Below, in pieces: positions 27,065 through 40,364 of a stretch of DNA of 64,000 nt (position 1 is the stretch's first letter; every line of letters starts with the position of its first letter). This DNA comes from Camelus dromedarius (taxonomy: Eukaryota). The translations under genes and the position numbers were made by a program. The stretch covers positions 39,248,001 through 39,312,000 of the forward strand of contig NC_087437.1 in assembly GCF_036321535.1 (NCBI RefSeq), given 5' to 3'. The notes beneath the pieces were generated by a model. It saw nothing but the letters and a program-made list of their open reading frames with translations. It was not told where the DNA came from and did not search any database.

Positions 27065-29639
27065 TGAGTCTATACCACGAGCAGAGCTGGACACGTTCCC
27101 TGCCTCTACAGCCAGCTGTTCTGAGCTGAGGCACACTCACAGCCCTGGCACATGGAATCGTCGAGCAGATGCTGCTTTCTTTTCCTACCTCTTCGTTTCC
27201 CTGACATTTTGGCTTTCTTTGCATATTTAGAAGACCAGCCAGTGATGTGCTTTGTTTTCTCAGCTTTTGTGTCTTAAAAATCAGCGTGAAAATTGCCCAT
27301 AGATTTAATGACAATGCATCTGCTGTATTGTTCTCTATGGGTAGTTCCCCTAAAAATATTTAGTAGATCTTAAAAGAGTGTCTCTTTTGACCTTGTTTAA
27401 TTTGAATGGACACTTTTAATTAGAGCCTGCAAAATTTCTAAATGTGCCATATGGTTTGCATAAAAGATTAAGAATAGAAGGAAGAATAATTATTGTCTGT
27501 GGAATAGCTGAAAGAATGTTCAGCTAGCCAACCCGCAAATGTGATTCAGATGTAAAAGACAAACTGAAGGAACAGTAATCAGTTTTAAATTACATGTAAT
27601 GATTATTCTCTGGCCTTTTTATTTTCTATGGAATTTGTAGGTAAAACCTTAATACAAGTGGTAAACAGACACCACCGGAACAACTTACATGTTTTATAGT
27701 GATCAGACATGTGTTTGTAGCAGTTACGTGGGAATATATTAAACCTTGAAAGAAGAGCATTTGTTCTCAGATTATATCAAAATTTTGAAAAATCTGAAAT
27801 GTGGCTTAAATATTGATGCTCTTTCCTTAAGTTTAGGGTTTGAAATGTGGGCAGTAGGCCTTGCCTGTGATGCAGCTCAAGTTACGGAGGAAGTTTAAAG
27901 AACCCTAGAAAAGGCTTAATTCTAGTTATGATATCACATAGAGAATTTGTAATTTATTCACTCTTTGATAAACACGGATTAGCAGTCAGGTGCCATGGGT
28001 GATTTCAGTTGCCAGTTTTGGTGATATAATGCAAGTAGTTTTTAAAATATAGAAGTGATTCATTCTCATTATATGTATAAATGTATAATGAGAAGGTGCA
28101 TTCTCTCTTCAGTAACCTTTTCTCCCCTTTGTGCTCACCCTTCCCTTTAGGCAGAATTGATCACTGGTTTCACTTCTGTGTGCATCCTTCTTGGCCTTCT
28201 TCTAAGCATTTACCTAAACATCCACATACATGCATCTGCATGAATATGTCTGTGTATGTATTCATAGATCCTAAACATTTGTGTAAATATATGTGTATGT
28301 ATGTACACATCCATATCACACCATATATACTGTTCAGGAGCCTTCTCGCTTTCTCTCCTCTCTCTCTCTTACTTAGCATTATGACACTGACATATTTTTA
28401 TGCTAATTTAAATAGAACTTTTTATTTTGAAACTGCCGCAGAGTATTCCATAAGGCTGATTGACCAATTTTACTTAACTAGTTCAAAGTATGTAGGTAAG
28501 TGTTCTTTGAAGATGTCTTTATTTAATTTATTATAGTTAATTTATTATTAAATTAATTTTTATGTGGATAATTTTTATGTCTTTCTAAGATCAAAGTGTA
28601 CTTTTCTCCATTTTTGATGCTTAAATTTTGCAAATTTTTAACAGTACGTTATTATTTAGCTATTTCTTAAGACAGGATATTAATTGTAAAATAAATCTTC
28701 TAATATAATCTAAAATATACTTTTAAATCCTTCTTTTCTGTATGTTTCTTTTCTCTGAAGCAGCCTCTTCTGTGCTTTTCTCTTCTCTGAGAATGTTAAG
28801 TTCCTCTGTAATATTATGTGATACGTAATAACAAATGCCAGGTTCTTCAAAAATAGATGCAGTACTATAAATTAAAGTCTACCTCTAAAAAAAGTTTGTA
28901 TTTTAGGTTAAACCTCCCATTTTTGAGACATGCATTATAAAAACCTGACCTACTAGAGCACATTCTTCCAATTTCTAATCAATGTCCATTCAACCAGAGC
29001 AATAACTGCTTCATAAGCTAAATTAGAGTGCCTTCTTATAGCTGATAATTCTTGGTACAGCCTTTTGAGCATCAAGTGCAAATTTCAAGAGAATCCATCC
29101 CTAGACAAATTCAGCGTTATCAGCCTGAATCCAGGCAGCTTTTGCTTCCCTTTGAATGTTACTAGCCTGTACTTTCCCATCTCTTTCATTTGTGCTGCCT
29201 TTGTGAGTCCACAAAATCATGTTCAGACACTCGTGGAAGAAAGAGCATAGGGGCCAGAATGCCTGTTTTCTTCACTAAAGCACTTCAGCCCTACACATTT
29301 ATTTTCCCTGTTCATTTCTCACCAAGAACCTCATCTATGTCTTGTTTGCCTGCAGTCAGAAACTCTAAAACGGTAAACCTGAGAATGTATTTTCCTTACC
29401 CTGTCACATCGGGTGCTAACAGAGTTGTCCCTTTTAAAATCAGATCCACTCTCTAAAATGAATGACTTCAATCTTAGTCCATTCTGTGACGTTTGTTGGA
29501 ATATTTCCAACATTGCCAACAAGATTTTTGGCATCACTGACTCTTTTCAATTAAAGATGTTTTTCTTGATAAATGAATTGTTTTATTAGATCTTTTTTAT
29601 GGTAAGCAAGTTATCTTGCTTCAATGTGGGTGCTTTTGT

Positions 29640-30470
29640 TTGTATTCATGTATATTGTCATTAATTTATTTAATTAATGAATCTACTCTGCCCGAGATAC
29701 CAGGCTAAGTGCCAGGGGTCGTTGACTTTAGCCCACGTGAACATGGTTGTAGGCAGTATGGTATGAAGGAGAAAAAGCACTAGACTGAGCAGCAGAAACT
29801 ATGGGTTTGCCTCCTGGCTTTGACATTTAGATGCTGTCTGACCTCGGCCAAAGTACTGAACTTACCTCGGCTTCAGTTTCCATGTCTCTCTCGCAAGGGG
29901 CTTATAATATGTTTTTTACTGACGTCACAGTAATTAAATGAATTTCAACTTGCTTTATAATTGATTATGACAAATGATAACTATAAGAAAATAATTATCC
30001 ATGTTTTCTACCCCTAGTGAGCTTATAGTTGAATGGAGGAGAATAAAAAAGTATTTACAAATAACTGTAAAAGCTAGAGTGTTTGTAAGAGGGAAGGACA
30101 GAAAACATGCTGTAGGAGTTTTCCTGGCAAGTAAGTCATTTCCAGTTGGAGGAACCCAGGAAGGCTTTATGAAAGATGAGGAATTTCAGCTGGACCCTGA
30201 TGGATGGTAGCATATTGGCCAGTGGGAAATGCAGAGATCACTCTTGATGCATGGATTGGAATGAGCCAGGACCTGGAGTTAGCAAAAAGCTACTGCTATA
30301 CTCAGTGACTCAGTTTCGTAAGAACCTTGAGTACCTAAAGCAAAGTAATGGGATGTAAGTTGAGAAAGGAGGGTCATAGCTCAAAAAGAGCTGACCTGGA
30401 GTCAGATGTCAGGAGTTTACAGCCCATCCTGTAGGCATTAGGGACACACTGAACATTTTAGAAATTACCA
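29640..30470 (-). mobile_element. L2 fragment with nested plus-strand MIR (about 29750-29985)
   Basis: L2 antisense tail (attcat...ccaggctaagtgccagggg; gagcttatagttgaatggagg). MIR aggcagtatggtatg...aagcactagactg...cttcagtttccatgtct. Confidence 0.6.
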
Positions 30471-31453
30471 GTATGCTAATAACTTTCAGACGTCTGGTCA
30501 TAAAACTCTCCTGCATAAGGGATAACTTTTTAATGTTGTAGCAGAAGTACAGCTCTGCCAATATAGCTAACTTACATGACTAAACTGAACATGTGACATC
30601 TCAGTCTGAAGTATCTGCATTTGAGTTACCTCATTGATTTTGAGATTCCTGAAGGACTTTTTAAATAAAAGAGTACATACACCGAAGAAATCTCTTTTAG
30701 GAAAGAGGCATTAATCCCAATGGAGAGTTTCAGTCTCTACCGTGAAAAGCGCACATTACTTGTGGGCCCAGAATATGGAATATTCCAACTGCAGATATGT
30801 TAAGATCTTTACGGGGCATCCTGTTAAACGTCCATTTGGTGAGTAATAGGATGGAGTATAGAAAATACCCAGGACTGGGAAGAAATATTCAGGAAAGTGA
30901 GAGAGGATTACTGAAGTGCCAGGTTAGCCAATCCAAGCTAGGAGAGAGAACCGAGGAGGGAAGGAGGTTGTCAGTACTATCGACATCTACAGTAAGGTCC
31001 AAAGCACCAGGTCTGTGACTCTGGGACAATCTCAGGTAAGCTTTGATCAGGCAGTTTTAGCAATGGGGTGAGGGAGATGGCTAAGCTGCCAGAGGATGTC
31101 AGTGAGGCAGAGACAGTGATTGTTGGACCATTGGCTTTTAGAATTGGAGCAGCAGCAGCAGAACAGTGAGGGAGGGATTGGAACACGGAAGACCCAGGGA
31201 AAAATGACTAAGGGAGAGAGGGAGAGTTAAGGCAATAACTGATGTTATGAAGTCTAAAGGACGAAGATGGAATCAGATCGAGGGCATTGTGCAGACAGAT
31301 TGACCTTAGAGCCCATAAAAAGAAGAGCAAGGGAAGTGGAAGCAGGAGGCGTTTTGTGATGGAAGAAGGAACATCAAAAGGGTTCTCATCAGCTTGCTCG
31401 GGGTCCACAATGTGATCAAAGGGGAGCAGCTCTTGGAACCTGAGAAGTGTGTG

Positions 31454-32315
31454 CAGGGTGACTTACATAAGTCCCAAGGTCCAGTGCAAAAATGAAAATG
31501 TGTTGTTTTTTTCAAAAAGTAAAACAAAAGTGTTATTATAGGTACTAAAATATAAGACTTCTATTTTTTAACGTAATTTCTCTCTCATCTTGTCCTGATG
31601 TTTTTTTTTTTACTTATTATTGTGCTCCTTGGGCCTGGGGCATGTGGTTACCTGGGGAAGTGCAGATGCTTACAGGGGCCAAGTAGTCCCTCCTTGCAAC
31701 TCAGCACATGCGTGCCTGAGCACCGGCACAGTGCCCTGGCTGCTGGCTGCAAAGTTATTCTCTTCTTCCTACCAGCCAACACCCCTCCCCACAATAGATG
31801 GGCAAACCCTAAGGGTCCTCTTTGCTTGGACATGCTCAGTACTTGTTCAAGGCTAGGTGGGAGGCTCAGCCCTGCAAAGTCGCCCTCCAAATGTGCTATG
31901 TTGTTGCCAGTCTGGAGTGTGGCCACCTGCTACTGTAACTTGCCAAGAAGTCACAGGGATTGCTCACCCAGCTCTGACCCTCTCCCAACCCGTGCTCAGG
32001 CACTCACAGAGGGGTGGGGGCAGGAGAAAGCATCAGTGGTCAGTGGGTACAGGTAGGGAAGGAAATGGTGGGCAGCCTGGCAGAACCATTCCAGAGTGAA
32101 GGGGAGGTGGTAGGAGATGGAAAGATGGGTGAGTTGAGGGTCCAAGTCCCTGGCTTGTGCTCCGTTGTCCCACCTGACTTCGCTTCCAAAACACAAACAC
32201 TGTATTAGATATTTCAAAATGGTGAACATAGAACATTAAACCCCAAACACTGGGCCCTTCTGAGCCCAGTGACCTCTGCCATTGTATTTGTCACATGCCC
32301 ATAAAGCTGCCTCTG
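31454..32315. mobile_element. hAT-Tip100 DNA transposon (MER45B/C-like) with 8-bp TSD
   Basis: Degenerate TIRs cagggtgacttacat / ataaagctgcctctg. ccagtgcaaaaatgaaaatg and cattaaacc...gggcccttctgagc motifs. TSD agtgtgtg at 31446-31453 and 32316-32323. Confidence 0.85.
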
Positions 32316-32316
32316 A

Positions 32317-32350
32317 GTGTGTGTGTGTGTGTGTGTGTGCACGTGTGTGT
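32317..32350. repeat. (GT)n microsatellite, about 11 perfect units
   Basis: Read directly. Confidence 0.95.
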
Positions 32351-35004
32351 CATATAAAAGCTCAGAATATTCACTGTAGACTTCAACAGGGCATTGACAT
32401 GAGCTGAACTGTTTGTGAGAGTTCCCTCAGGAATGCTAGCCCTGGTTGGTGTCTTTGGAGGGCAAGCAGAGTAGATGGTAACATCATATTATGATATTCA
32501 TAGACCCAAGGCATTTTTACCTTAATGGACCCTTTCAGTCATAAAAAAAAAATTCTAAGGTATATTTTATGATTGAATGATATATTTTACATTAAAATAC
32601 TTTTTCAACCTAAGTATCATGGGTCCTACGACTTTGCCTCATGAGTAATTCGGCCCCTTGTGGATGGTCGTGTCGTTCGGATCTGACACATTATCGTGGG
32701 ATGGGATGGGTCAGGGAAGGGATATCCTGGCTGAGTGGAAAGAAGAACAGGAAGTCTCTAGGGAATGAGGAATTGTTAGGTGAGGGTCTGGAGCCACAGT
32801 GGAAGGCGAGGGAAGTAGTCAGGAGGAATGATTAATAAGTAAATAATGGTGTGGAGTCAGAGAGGGAAATAGTCTAGGTCCTGTGGTGTTGAAACATGCA
32901 GAAAATGAAAAGGTTCAAAGCTTTGGTCTAGAGAAAGGCCAGTCATGGACCACCTAACTTTTATTTTTATGTTTAATATTACTCTTTGTATATACACAAT
33001 ATTTTAAGTCATCAATAGGTAATTCCCTAGGAAATAAATTCTAGGGGAAAAAAAGGCTCTTTAGATGATTCTTAAATTTTAAGAAGGAAGATCCTTAAAT
33101 TATACTCACCCAGTTCCAGCTTATTTGGCTGTGATTAAAGAAAGAAAATGAGAAAAGGGAATATTGTTTTGTTCCAGGTGGGGCTTTTAAATGTAATCAG
33201 CGAACCAATTTTTGTGAACAGGAACTTCAGGGTTTAAATTCAGCACATTTCTACTTAATTTACAAGTACTAATATTTCTGAGATAATTTTAAGCAATGTA
33301 ACATCAGATTATATATGAGCTATTTTATAATAATAGAAGTCACATTTAACTACAGGTTAAGTGACTACATTAAAAGGGAATACAATTATTTTAATGGATT
33401 TCTAATTAAATGCTTAAATCCTGGATAGTCTAGAGGTGCACTTTAAATTAAATTGATTTTCTTGGAAGTTTGGTTGAAAGCTGTTGGCAAAGAGGAAAAA
33501 AAAACTGAAAAAAAAAAAAAAGATTCTGTTTTTAGTGTGTGATACTTTGTGACAAATGGTACCTGTTTGGGTAAACATCAGACAAGGAAAGTTACAGAGA
33601 AACTTTACAAAGTTACAGAGATGTGATTTACTAATGGATGAAAAAACATGAAAATATATCTTCCCCCCAAAGAAGTAAAACTTACAAACAGACATAAAAT
33701 GTTTATTCTTGAGATCAATAAAGTGCAAAGTAAAGGTCACAATTTTGCTAATTAAGTAGCAAAATGTTGTGTTGTTATATTTGTACTGTTTTGTATATAA
33801 TTTTTATGTTTTAAAATAGCTTTCTCTGATGAAAAAATGCATCATTATTGAATTTTTTCTCCCAAGTATTTTGTATGTGGTTGTTACATAAATACAAAAA
33901 GACAAAGGGGAGGAGAAGAAAAAACAGGAGGAGGAAGAAGACATAAAAAGGGTAAAACCACGAGCTCTCTGCAGTGGGAAGTGTTTAATCAGGATATGAA
34001 TAGCCGTTTGTTAAAAATTTTAAAGAAGAGACTCCTACAGTGTGTAGGAGTTGGGACTAGTTTATCTTTTAAGGTCCTTTCAAATTCTACAAATGGCTAA
34101 ATAAGTTCTTCCTAGCATTTTAATAAAAACTTTTACTAGAAAAGAAATAAAGGTGGCATTAGGAATGGCACACAATTTAACTATATTCAAACAAACTCAA
34201 GCTTTTATAATATAGAGAGCAATTTTAAGCATTATATGGAAAAGGTAGTGCTTCTTCCTAGTATGCAGCTTGAGCAAAAGTCCGTGGTGAGATTGTTTCA
34301 TCTGGGTCACATGCCCTTCCTTGATCTAAGTGTGGTTAGGGAGATAGAATTCTCAGGTTGTCTCAGCCGGGTTCCTGTGCCCCCCTACAGTTTGGTGATG
34401 GTCATGGGACAGGACAGATGGGTGGCAACAGCCCTCACTCTGCCCCAACCCACAAGAAAGGAGCTCTGTAATCAGGCAGAAGAGAAGAGAAAAAAGGTTT
34501 GTGCAGATAAAATCATCTACAACCCCCTAAAATCATAATATCAATTTATCACTTGGTTTCTATCAAACTCCTATTCATGGTGTGAATTGTGAGGTTTTTG
34601 GATGTTATAAAATTGACTGTTGAGGTTGTGATGTAGAGAGGAAGTTGATTAAAAGGGGATGGGGTTAATCAGGGGTAGTAGAAAGGAGAGGCTGGTTCCT
34701 GAGCTCCTTTTCTGAGTCTTAATTCCCAGGTTCTGGATCCTCACCCTGCTCCCCCCAGATGCCCAGTGACCTAGAGTGTCCAAGGTCCCACATCGGCTAC
34801 TGTCCTAGTTTCTTTGCTGGCGGCCCCAACTTGTGTATTTCTCCTTCTCTCACTACCATTGAGAGATTTTACTCTTTCCTTGAAACTGATACGTGGGGAT
34901 AAATTTAATCAAAATCCACCCTGAGGTGAGAATGCTAGCATCACGTTCACTTTCCCAGCAGTGTTTTCACATTCACTCATAAAATCAATGGAAAGAAAAG
35001 CTCC

Positions 35005-35083
35005 CCATCTATCATCCATCTGTGTCTCATCTATCTACCTACCTATCTATCCATCCACCCATCCATCCATCCATCCATCCATC
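35005..35083. repeat. (TCTA)/(TCCA)n compound tetranucleotide repeat
   Basis: atctatctacctacctatctatccatccacccatccatccatcc. Confidence 0.9.
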
Positions 35084-35728
35084 AATGGAACCCCAGTGTG
35101 TATTCTGTCCCTTTGTATCCCAGCACCTGGGAAAAGATTCACCTTTCAAGCAGTGACCTCTAAAGTATCCCGAGCTCCAGGTGCGCCCCCACCCCCCATT
35201 TGAGACTCTTAGAGTTAGGTATTCAAGGGTCTTCATAATTTCTAGACCAACTTAGTTATCTCAATCAGGCAGGCAGTCAGCCAACCACTATTCATTGCCT
35301 GCCTCTAATTTCCAAGCCCTGTGTTGGCCCTCCCTCTCCTGTGACCCTTCTTCTCCCTCTCTCAATGTGTCTCCATTCACCATTTGTTTAGGAAACACTT
35401 ACGCAGCACCATCTAAATGCTAGAGTTATGTTAGACCCCAAGCAAAAGAGGAGACACAGAGCCAGTCACTGTCCAAAAGATTAAAATCTCTCAGAGGATC
35501 ATACCATTCATTCTTTTAGAGTGTGACCTGTGAGTTTGGCTAAAGGTTTCTTTTTCTCTAACCAAATGCCCAGGGTGAATGCTTCTCCACTCCTGGAAGT
35601 ATTATCCCTAGCTCTCAGAGCCTACAGAGGGTTTGGCTTTTTCTTGAAAACTGGAAGAGAATCAGTGTATTTGGACTGTGAGTCGAACTGAATGTAGAGA
35701 AAATTTAACTAAGAATAATAAACTATGA

Positions 35729-35874
35729 TGTGAAGAGGGTATGGCTCAGTGGTAAGAGTGCATACCTAGCATGCACAAGGTCCTGGGTTTGATCCCCAGT
35801 ACCTCCATTAAAAAGATAAAATTAAAAAGAAAAAAAACCTAATCACCTCCCCCCTCAAAAAAAAAAAAAAAAAG
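35729..35874 (+). mobile_element. tRNA-derived SINE, camelid Vic-1-like
   Basis: A box tggctcagtgg (35742-35752), B box ggtttgatccc (35786-35796), A-rich linker, aacctaatcacctccccc and A tail. TSD aaactatga at 35720-35728 and 35875-35883. Confidence 0.85.
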
Positions 35875-36499
35875 AAACTATGAATTTTTGTTCAGCTCAG
35901 TTTTACTGGCTCACTCGCCTTCCTTTGCCATTTGTGCCCAGTACTATGAACTACAGAAATGGTTTTGCATATCATTAAGTGTATGTCAAGTTGATGTTTG
36001 TGGTAAGCTCTGTGTACATGCTTTATTTTCATTGCTTGCTGCTCCCTCAGATAGAGAGCCTGTGATGACAATATTGTATCACAGTGTACCAGAGCCTTGT
36101 CACCCTGTGTTCCTCAGGGATGATATTGGGTCATGTTATAAATGAAGCAGCAATATAAAAGATCCAAGAAAGCCTGACCTTGGAAGCTCTGTTTTCAATA
36201 AGAAGAAAGAATAGGTTATTCTGGGCTTGGGAAAAATTTTAAAAGAAATAGTCGTCCCCAAAGGCTAACTTGCTATCCACATTTTGCACTGTAGCCAAAA
36301 GATTTTATAATTTCCCAATCTACCAGATTGTTTTCAGTCCTCATTTTATTTGATTTACAGCAGAATTGATTTTGTTGTTCACTCCCTTTGAAAAAGACTC
36401 TCCCCCTTGGGTACCAGGATTCTACACTGTCTGCCTTCTGCTACTCGTCTTTCTCAGGCTTTTTTGCTGAGCCCTCTTCTTCTGCAGATTAATCTATCC

Positions 36500-36645
36500 A
36501 TTACTCATCCATGCATTTTTCCACCTTTTCAACAAATATTTATTGTGCATATATTATGGGCCAGGCTCTGACTTAAGTGCTAGAAACACAGTGATAAGCA
36601 AAACACATACGATCTCTGCCCTCAAGGAGCTAATGCTGTAGCAAA
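36500..36645 (-). mobile_element. L2 3' end
   Basis: ttcaacaaatatttattgtgcatatattatgggccaggctctg...ctctgccctcaaggagct. Confidence 0.75.
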
Positions 36646-36667
36646 ATTGTTGGTTCCCTGGGTTGTT

Positions 36668-36866
36668 CTCACTGTTCTTTAAAATATCATGAAGGCACAC
36701 TAGCATGACGTCATTTCCTTCCACCTTCCTGAGCTAACACAAAGGATCAGATCATCAAGTCAGGCCCTCACTGTTCTTTAAAATATCATGAAGGCACACT
36801 AGCATGACGTCATTTCCTTCCACCTTCCTGAGCTAACACAAAGGATCAGATCATCAAATCAGGCCC
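36668..36866. repeat. Direct tandem duplication, 2 x 99 bp, one mismatch
   Basis: Unit 1 at 36668-36766 and unit 2 at 36767-36865; the only difference seen is G36759 versus A36858. Confidence 0.95.
36705..36818. promoter_or_regulatory. Two palindromic CRE motifs (ATGACGTCAT at 36705-36714 and 36804-36813), each overlapping a GGAA core
   Basis: Minus strand reads AGGAAATGACGTCAT. Motif match only; function untested. Confidence 0.35.
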
Positions 36867-37067
36867 AGGAAGATAGAGATCTATCCAGTATCATGCTTTA
36901 TTCATCATTTCAAGGCTGCAGCAATCATCGGGCATAAGTGAAACAAGGAGAAACCGGGACCATCTCTGTGGCTCCTCAGGTCCTCCTGCTCTGCAGTGGA
37001 CATGCTCTCTAACCCAGAGTGTTAGCTGATTATGTGTATGACTCCTGTTTCGTATACTATCAAGAAC

Positions 37068-37502
37068 TGTGCAGGGTCTCAGAGTCTACTCTACTTTTAC
37101 ACTAACCAGTTAGCCTGGGACTGTTTCATGGATGATGGCAGAATACATGAGACTCCTGGGTCAGATACAAAGGACTTTATTACTCCTGGCAAAAGCAGTA
37201 GCCAGAGCTTCATTGGTTCGTGTCAATTCCCCATGTCCCCCCAGATCCCATAGCCATGACACAATGGGCTTGTTATGGATGCGTACACATGCGGTTGATT
37301 GCATTATACAAGGGAAACACTGCACTCGGGGAATCCACCCCTTTTAGAGTTAGTGGAAACAAGCCAGTTCATTTTCTCGGGGGAGATGTTAACTCTTCTC
37401 TTTGTGCAAACACAGCCCTGAAAAATAGCTTGAGTAAATAGTGATCAGGCAAAAATATATATAAAGGTGCTCAGGGCCCATGGTGGATTATTTCTTCCAG
37501 CA
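37068..37502 (-). mobile_element. ERVL solo LTR (LTR40-like)
   Basis: ctaaccagttagcctg...tttcatggatgatggcagaa...gagactcctgggtcagatacaaaggactttattactc...cccatggtggattatttcttccagca. Confidence 0.75.
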
Positions 37503-37519
37503 TATACTTTCTCTTGGAA

Positions 37520-39700
37520 TGCACTAATGTGATTTGAGATTTTCACTAATTTGAGAATTCCCTCTCTCTTTTACATTTTTTAAATCAACACTCTCTTTTG
37601 GTCTCTTCCCATCAACATTTAAACTGCAAGTCTCCTCCACCTTGAAACCCTCTCTCTCTACCATACTCTCCTGTCCAGCTAACCTCCTCTTCTCAATAGT
37701 CAAACTTATTAAAATACCTGTCTTAACTTTCTGCTCCCTTTCTTTGTCTCCCTCTTCTTCTTCAACCCAACACACTGCAATCTGGGATCAATCTCAGCTA
37801 CTCTATTGAAGCACCTTTCTATGTCTCAGCTTCGTCCTCTGCAGGTCAGAGTAATAGTAGTATCTACTTCACAGGGCTGTTTTGGGTGTTAAATGTGTTA
37901 ACATATGTTAAGAGTTCAGAGCAGTGCCGGGCACACTGCTCCTGTTCAGTAATGTTAGGTGCCTTGTTATTATTAGTGTCCTCCTCCTCATCAGTGTCAT
38001 CAGTGAAGTTCTTATCGCTAAATCCAGTGGGCACTTTCTAGTTCCTATTTGACATCCCTGTGTTGACCACTTTTTCCTTCTTGAAACTCCCCCTCCACTG
38101 GCTTCCAAGATGTCAGACTCTCTCAGTTTTCCCCCTTCTTCTCTGGAAGGTCTTCTTGGTCAGATGTGTATATTCTGCCTCAGCCTGTGTTAAATGTTGA
38201 TATTCTTAAGGTCCTCTGTTAACCTCCTTTCTCTTCTTTATCTACGTATTTTTGCTTAATGATACTGTCCACTCTTGTGGCTTGAATTACTGTGTATATG
38301 GAGAGTCCCAGTACTCTGTACCTTTCTATTTACTTATTTAACAGACACTTAAAGGGCATCTTCCATGTACCAAACACTGGGATTACTGTTGTGAGTAAAA
38401 CCAACAGGATTCCTGGTCTCATGGGACTTAGTCTTTAATGCGAACACAGATCTCAATCAAATAATCACACATTTGTATCTACAACTACAGGCGAGTTAAT
38501 GAATCCAAAGGGAAGGAAGCTAGTCCTAAGAAAGTAAAACACAAACTCTGACCTAGGGTGAAGGAGAAATGCAGGCCTCCATGAGGCAGTGGTGGACATC
38601 TACAAGAGCAAACATACTCACTAAGTAAAGGAGGCGAGGAGGAAATAAAAGGGAATACAAAGTATTCAAAGAACTTAAAGAAGGTCAGTGTTGCTAAACC
38701 ACAGAAAGAGGAGAAGAAGAGCAGGATAGAATTGGAGAAAGAAGCAGAGACCAGACCACACAGGGGTCTGCAGATAGTGTTGGCGTTCAGCTTGATCATA
38801 AGAGCGATGGGAAGGGATTGGAGGGTACGAAACTGAGGCAGGAGTGAGGGAGTGGTTGACATGATCACATTTTTGGTTTGGAAACATTATTGTGGTGCAG
38901 CATGAAGATATTGGAGGACCCAAAGGTGATGTGGAGGGGGCTTTAGTTTGGATTAGAGTGGTGTCAGTGGACATGAGAAATGGACAGATTTGAGATGTTT
39001 TAGGAGATAAGCTGGATATAGTACAATCTGATATTAGGTCAAATATGGGTGAAAGAGAGGAAAGTATCAAGGATGACTCCCAAGTTTAGGCACGTGCGGG
39101 TAGACAGATGGTAGCTGAAAAATCAGCCCACATTTTCCTCCTGATTTTAGTCCATGTATTCAGTTGCCTATGATATAACCTTAACTTGCCATCTCACTTG
39201 CCCATCAAACCACGATGTCCAAAACAAAGCTACTCTTCTAGTATCAGATATTCCCTCTTCTGTGCCATTTTGGTGAATGCCACAGCCATCCGTCTAATTG
39301 TTCAAGTCAGTGGACCTTGGCTCTTTCTTCTCCATCACATACAGTTCATAACCAAGTCGTTTTGATTTTCTCTCCTTTATCTCTTTTATATCTGCCCACA
39401 TCTCTCTATTTCCACTGTTGCTGGCTTGGGTCAAGGCCCTATCATCTTTCATCTGGATTTTGGCAATAGTTATTACTTGGCCTCCCTTGTTTCAGTCTCC
39501 CACTTCTCTAATCTGTTCTTCACACTATTGATGCCCATGGTCCATAAGTAAAGCCATGATTCCTTAGTAGGGCAGAAAAGGCCCCCCATGATCAGGCCCT
39601 AGCCACATCTTTAGCATAATCTTTTTGCCTTAAATAACTATACAGACCAGATCAACTTCATTGTCTTCAAAAGCATGTACTCTCCCATCCTCAGTGCATG
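37520..39700. mobile_element. Nested L2 cluster: plus-strand L2 interrupted by a MIR (about 37820-37975) and a minus-strand L2 (about 38325-39115)
   Basis: Pyrimidine-rich L2 motifs (gctaaatccagtgggcacttt, ccttcttgaaactc) flank a purine-rich antisense L2 (gacatgatcacatttt, caaggatgactcccaag). Confidence 0.7.
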
Positions 39701-40364
39701 ATAACAAGTCTTTTGAGCTTTGTTTCTCCCTAGTACTTGTTTGCCTCTTTGTGAACTGGATGGTTTTTGCTGAGAAAGGCCACCTTTATTGCTGGGTGAA
39801 TGTCTGGGCTAGAAAACCAATAACATTAAAAAAAAAAAAAAAAAAGCTATAGCAAGACCAAAGGGTAGGGAAACCATAGTATCTGCAAAGTTACCAATGT
39901 TAATTCACTTACTACTATTTTGGTTCTGAGCATCAAGCTAACTGAGGTTGTAGCTACCAAAAAAGGAGCAAATGGAGAAAGCAGAGGTGAATGGTTGGGG
40001 AAAAAGCTAAGGAAGGGCCACTCCCAGAGGAACTGTGAGGAAACCGTGCAAGAAGCCTCCTTCAACCTGTCTGGCACTATCAGATGTGTCACAACTTTGC
40101 ACAGGCAGTTTGATAGCCCTTAATATTTGTAATGAAAAATGAACCAAAATTGAGACAACTCTCCAAATGCATCAGAATCTTGATGAAATGTAATTGCTCC
40201 AATAGTACTATAAGGAAGAACTACATGACTTGCCCCAAGCCTTGATGAAATATAGATTAAAACATGCTACTAATTAGAGGACAATAAGTCTACTTTTGGA
40301 AAGTGTGTGTTGAGATTGAGCTGCACTTGGTAACTTCCTCCTGCACACCTGCTTTACAGTATGC

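Noticed and set aside
28081..28536. 151-aa ORF
   Set aside because: Low-complexity composition (tatg/cata repeats), probably degraded L1, with no recognisable domain.
29920..29927. Third TGACGTCA CRE palindrome
   Set aside because: A single 8-mer inside a MIR is compatible with chance in 64 kb.
31598..32236. Cluster of overlapping ORFs up to 152 aa
   Set aside because: They lie inside a GC-richer non-autonomous MER45-like element and show no transposase or other domain features.
35731..35806. tRNA gene
   Set aside because: It has A/B boxes but is followed by a SINE body, an A tail and a TSD, so it is a SINE head.
36668..36866. CRISPR-like or prokaryotic repeat system
   Set aside because: Only two abutting units with no spacers, in a mammalian intron context with no associated genes.
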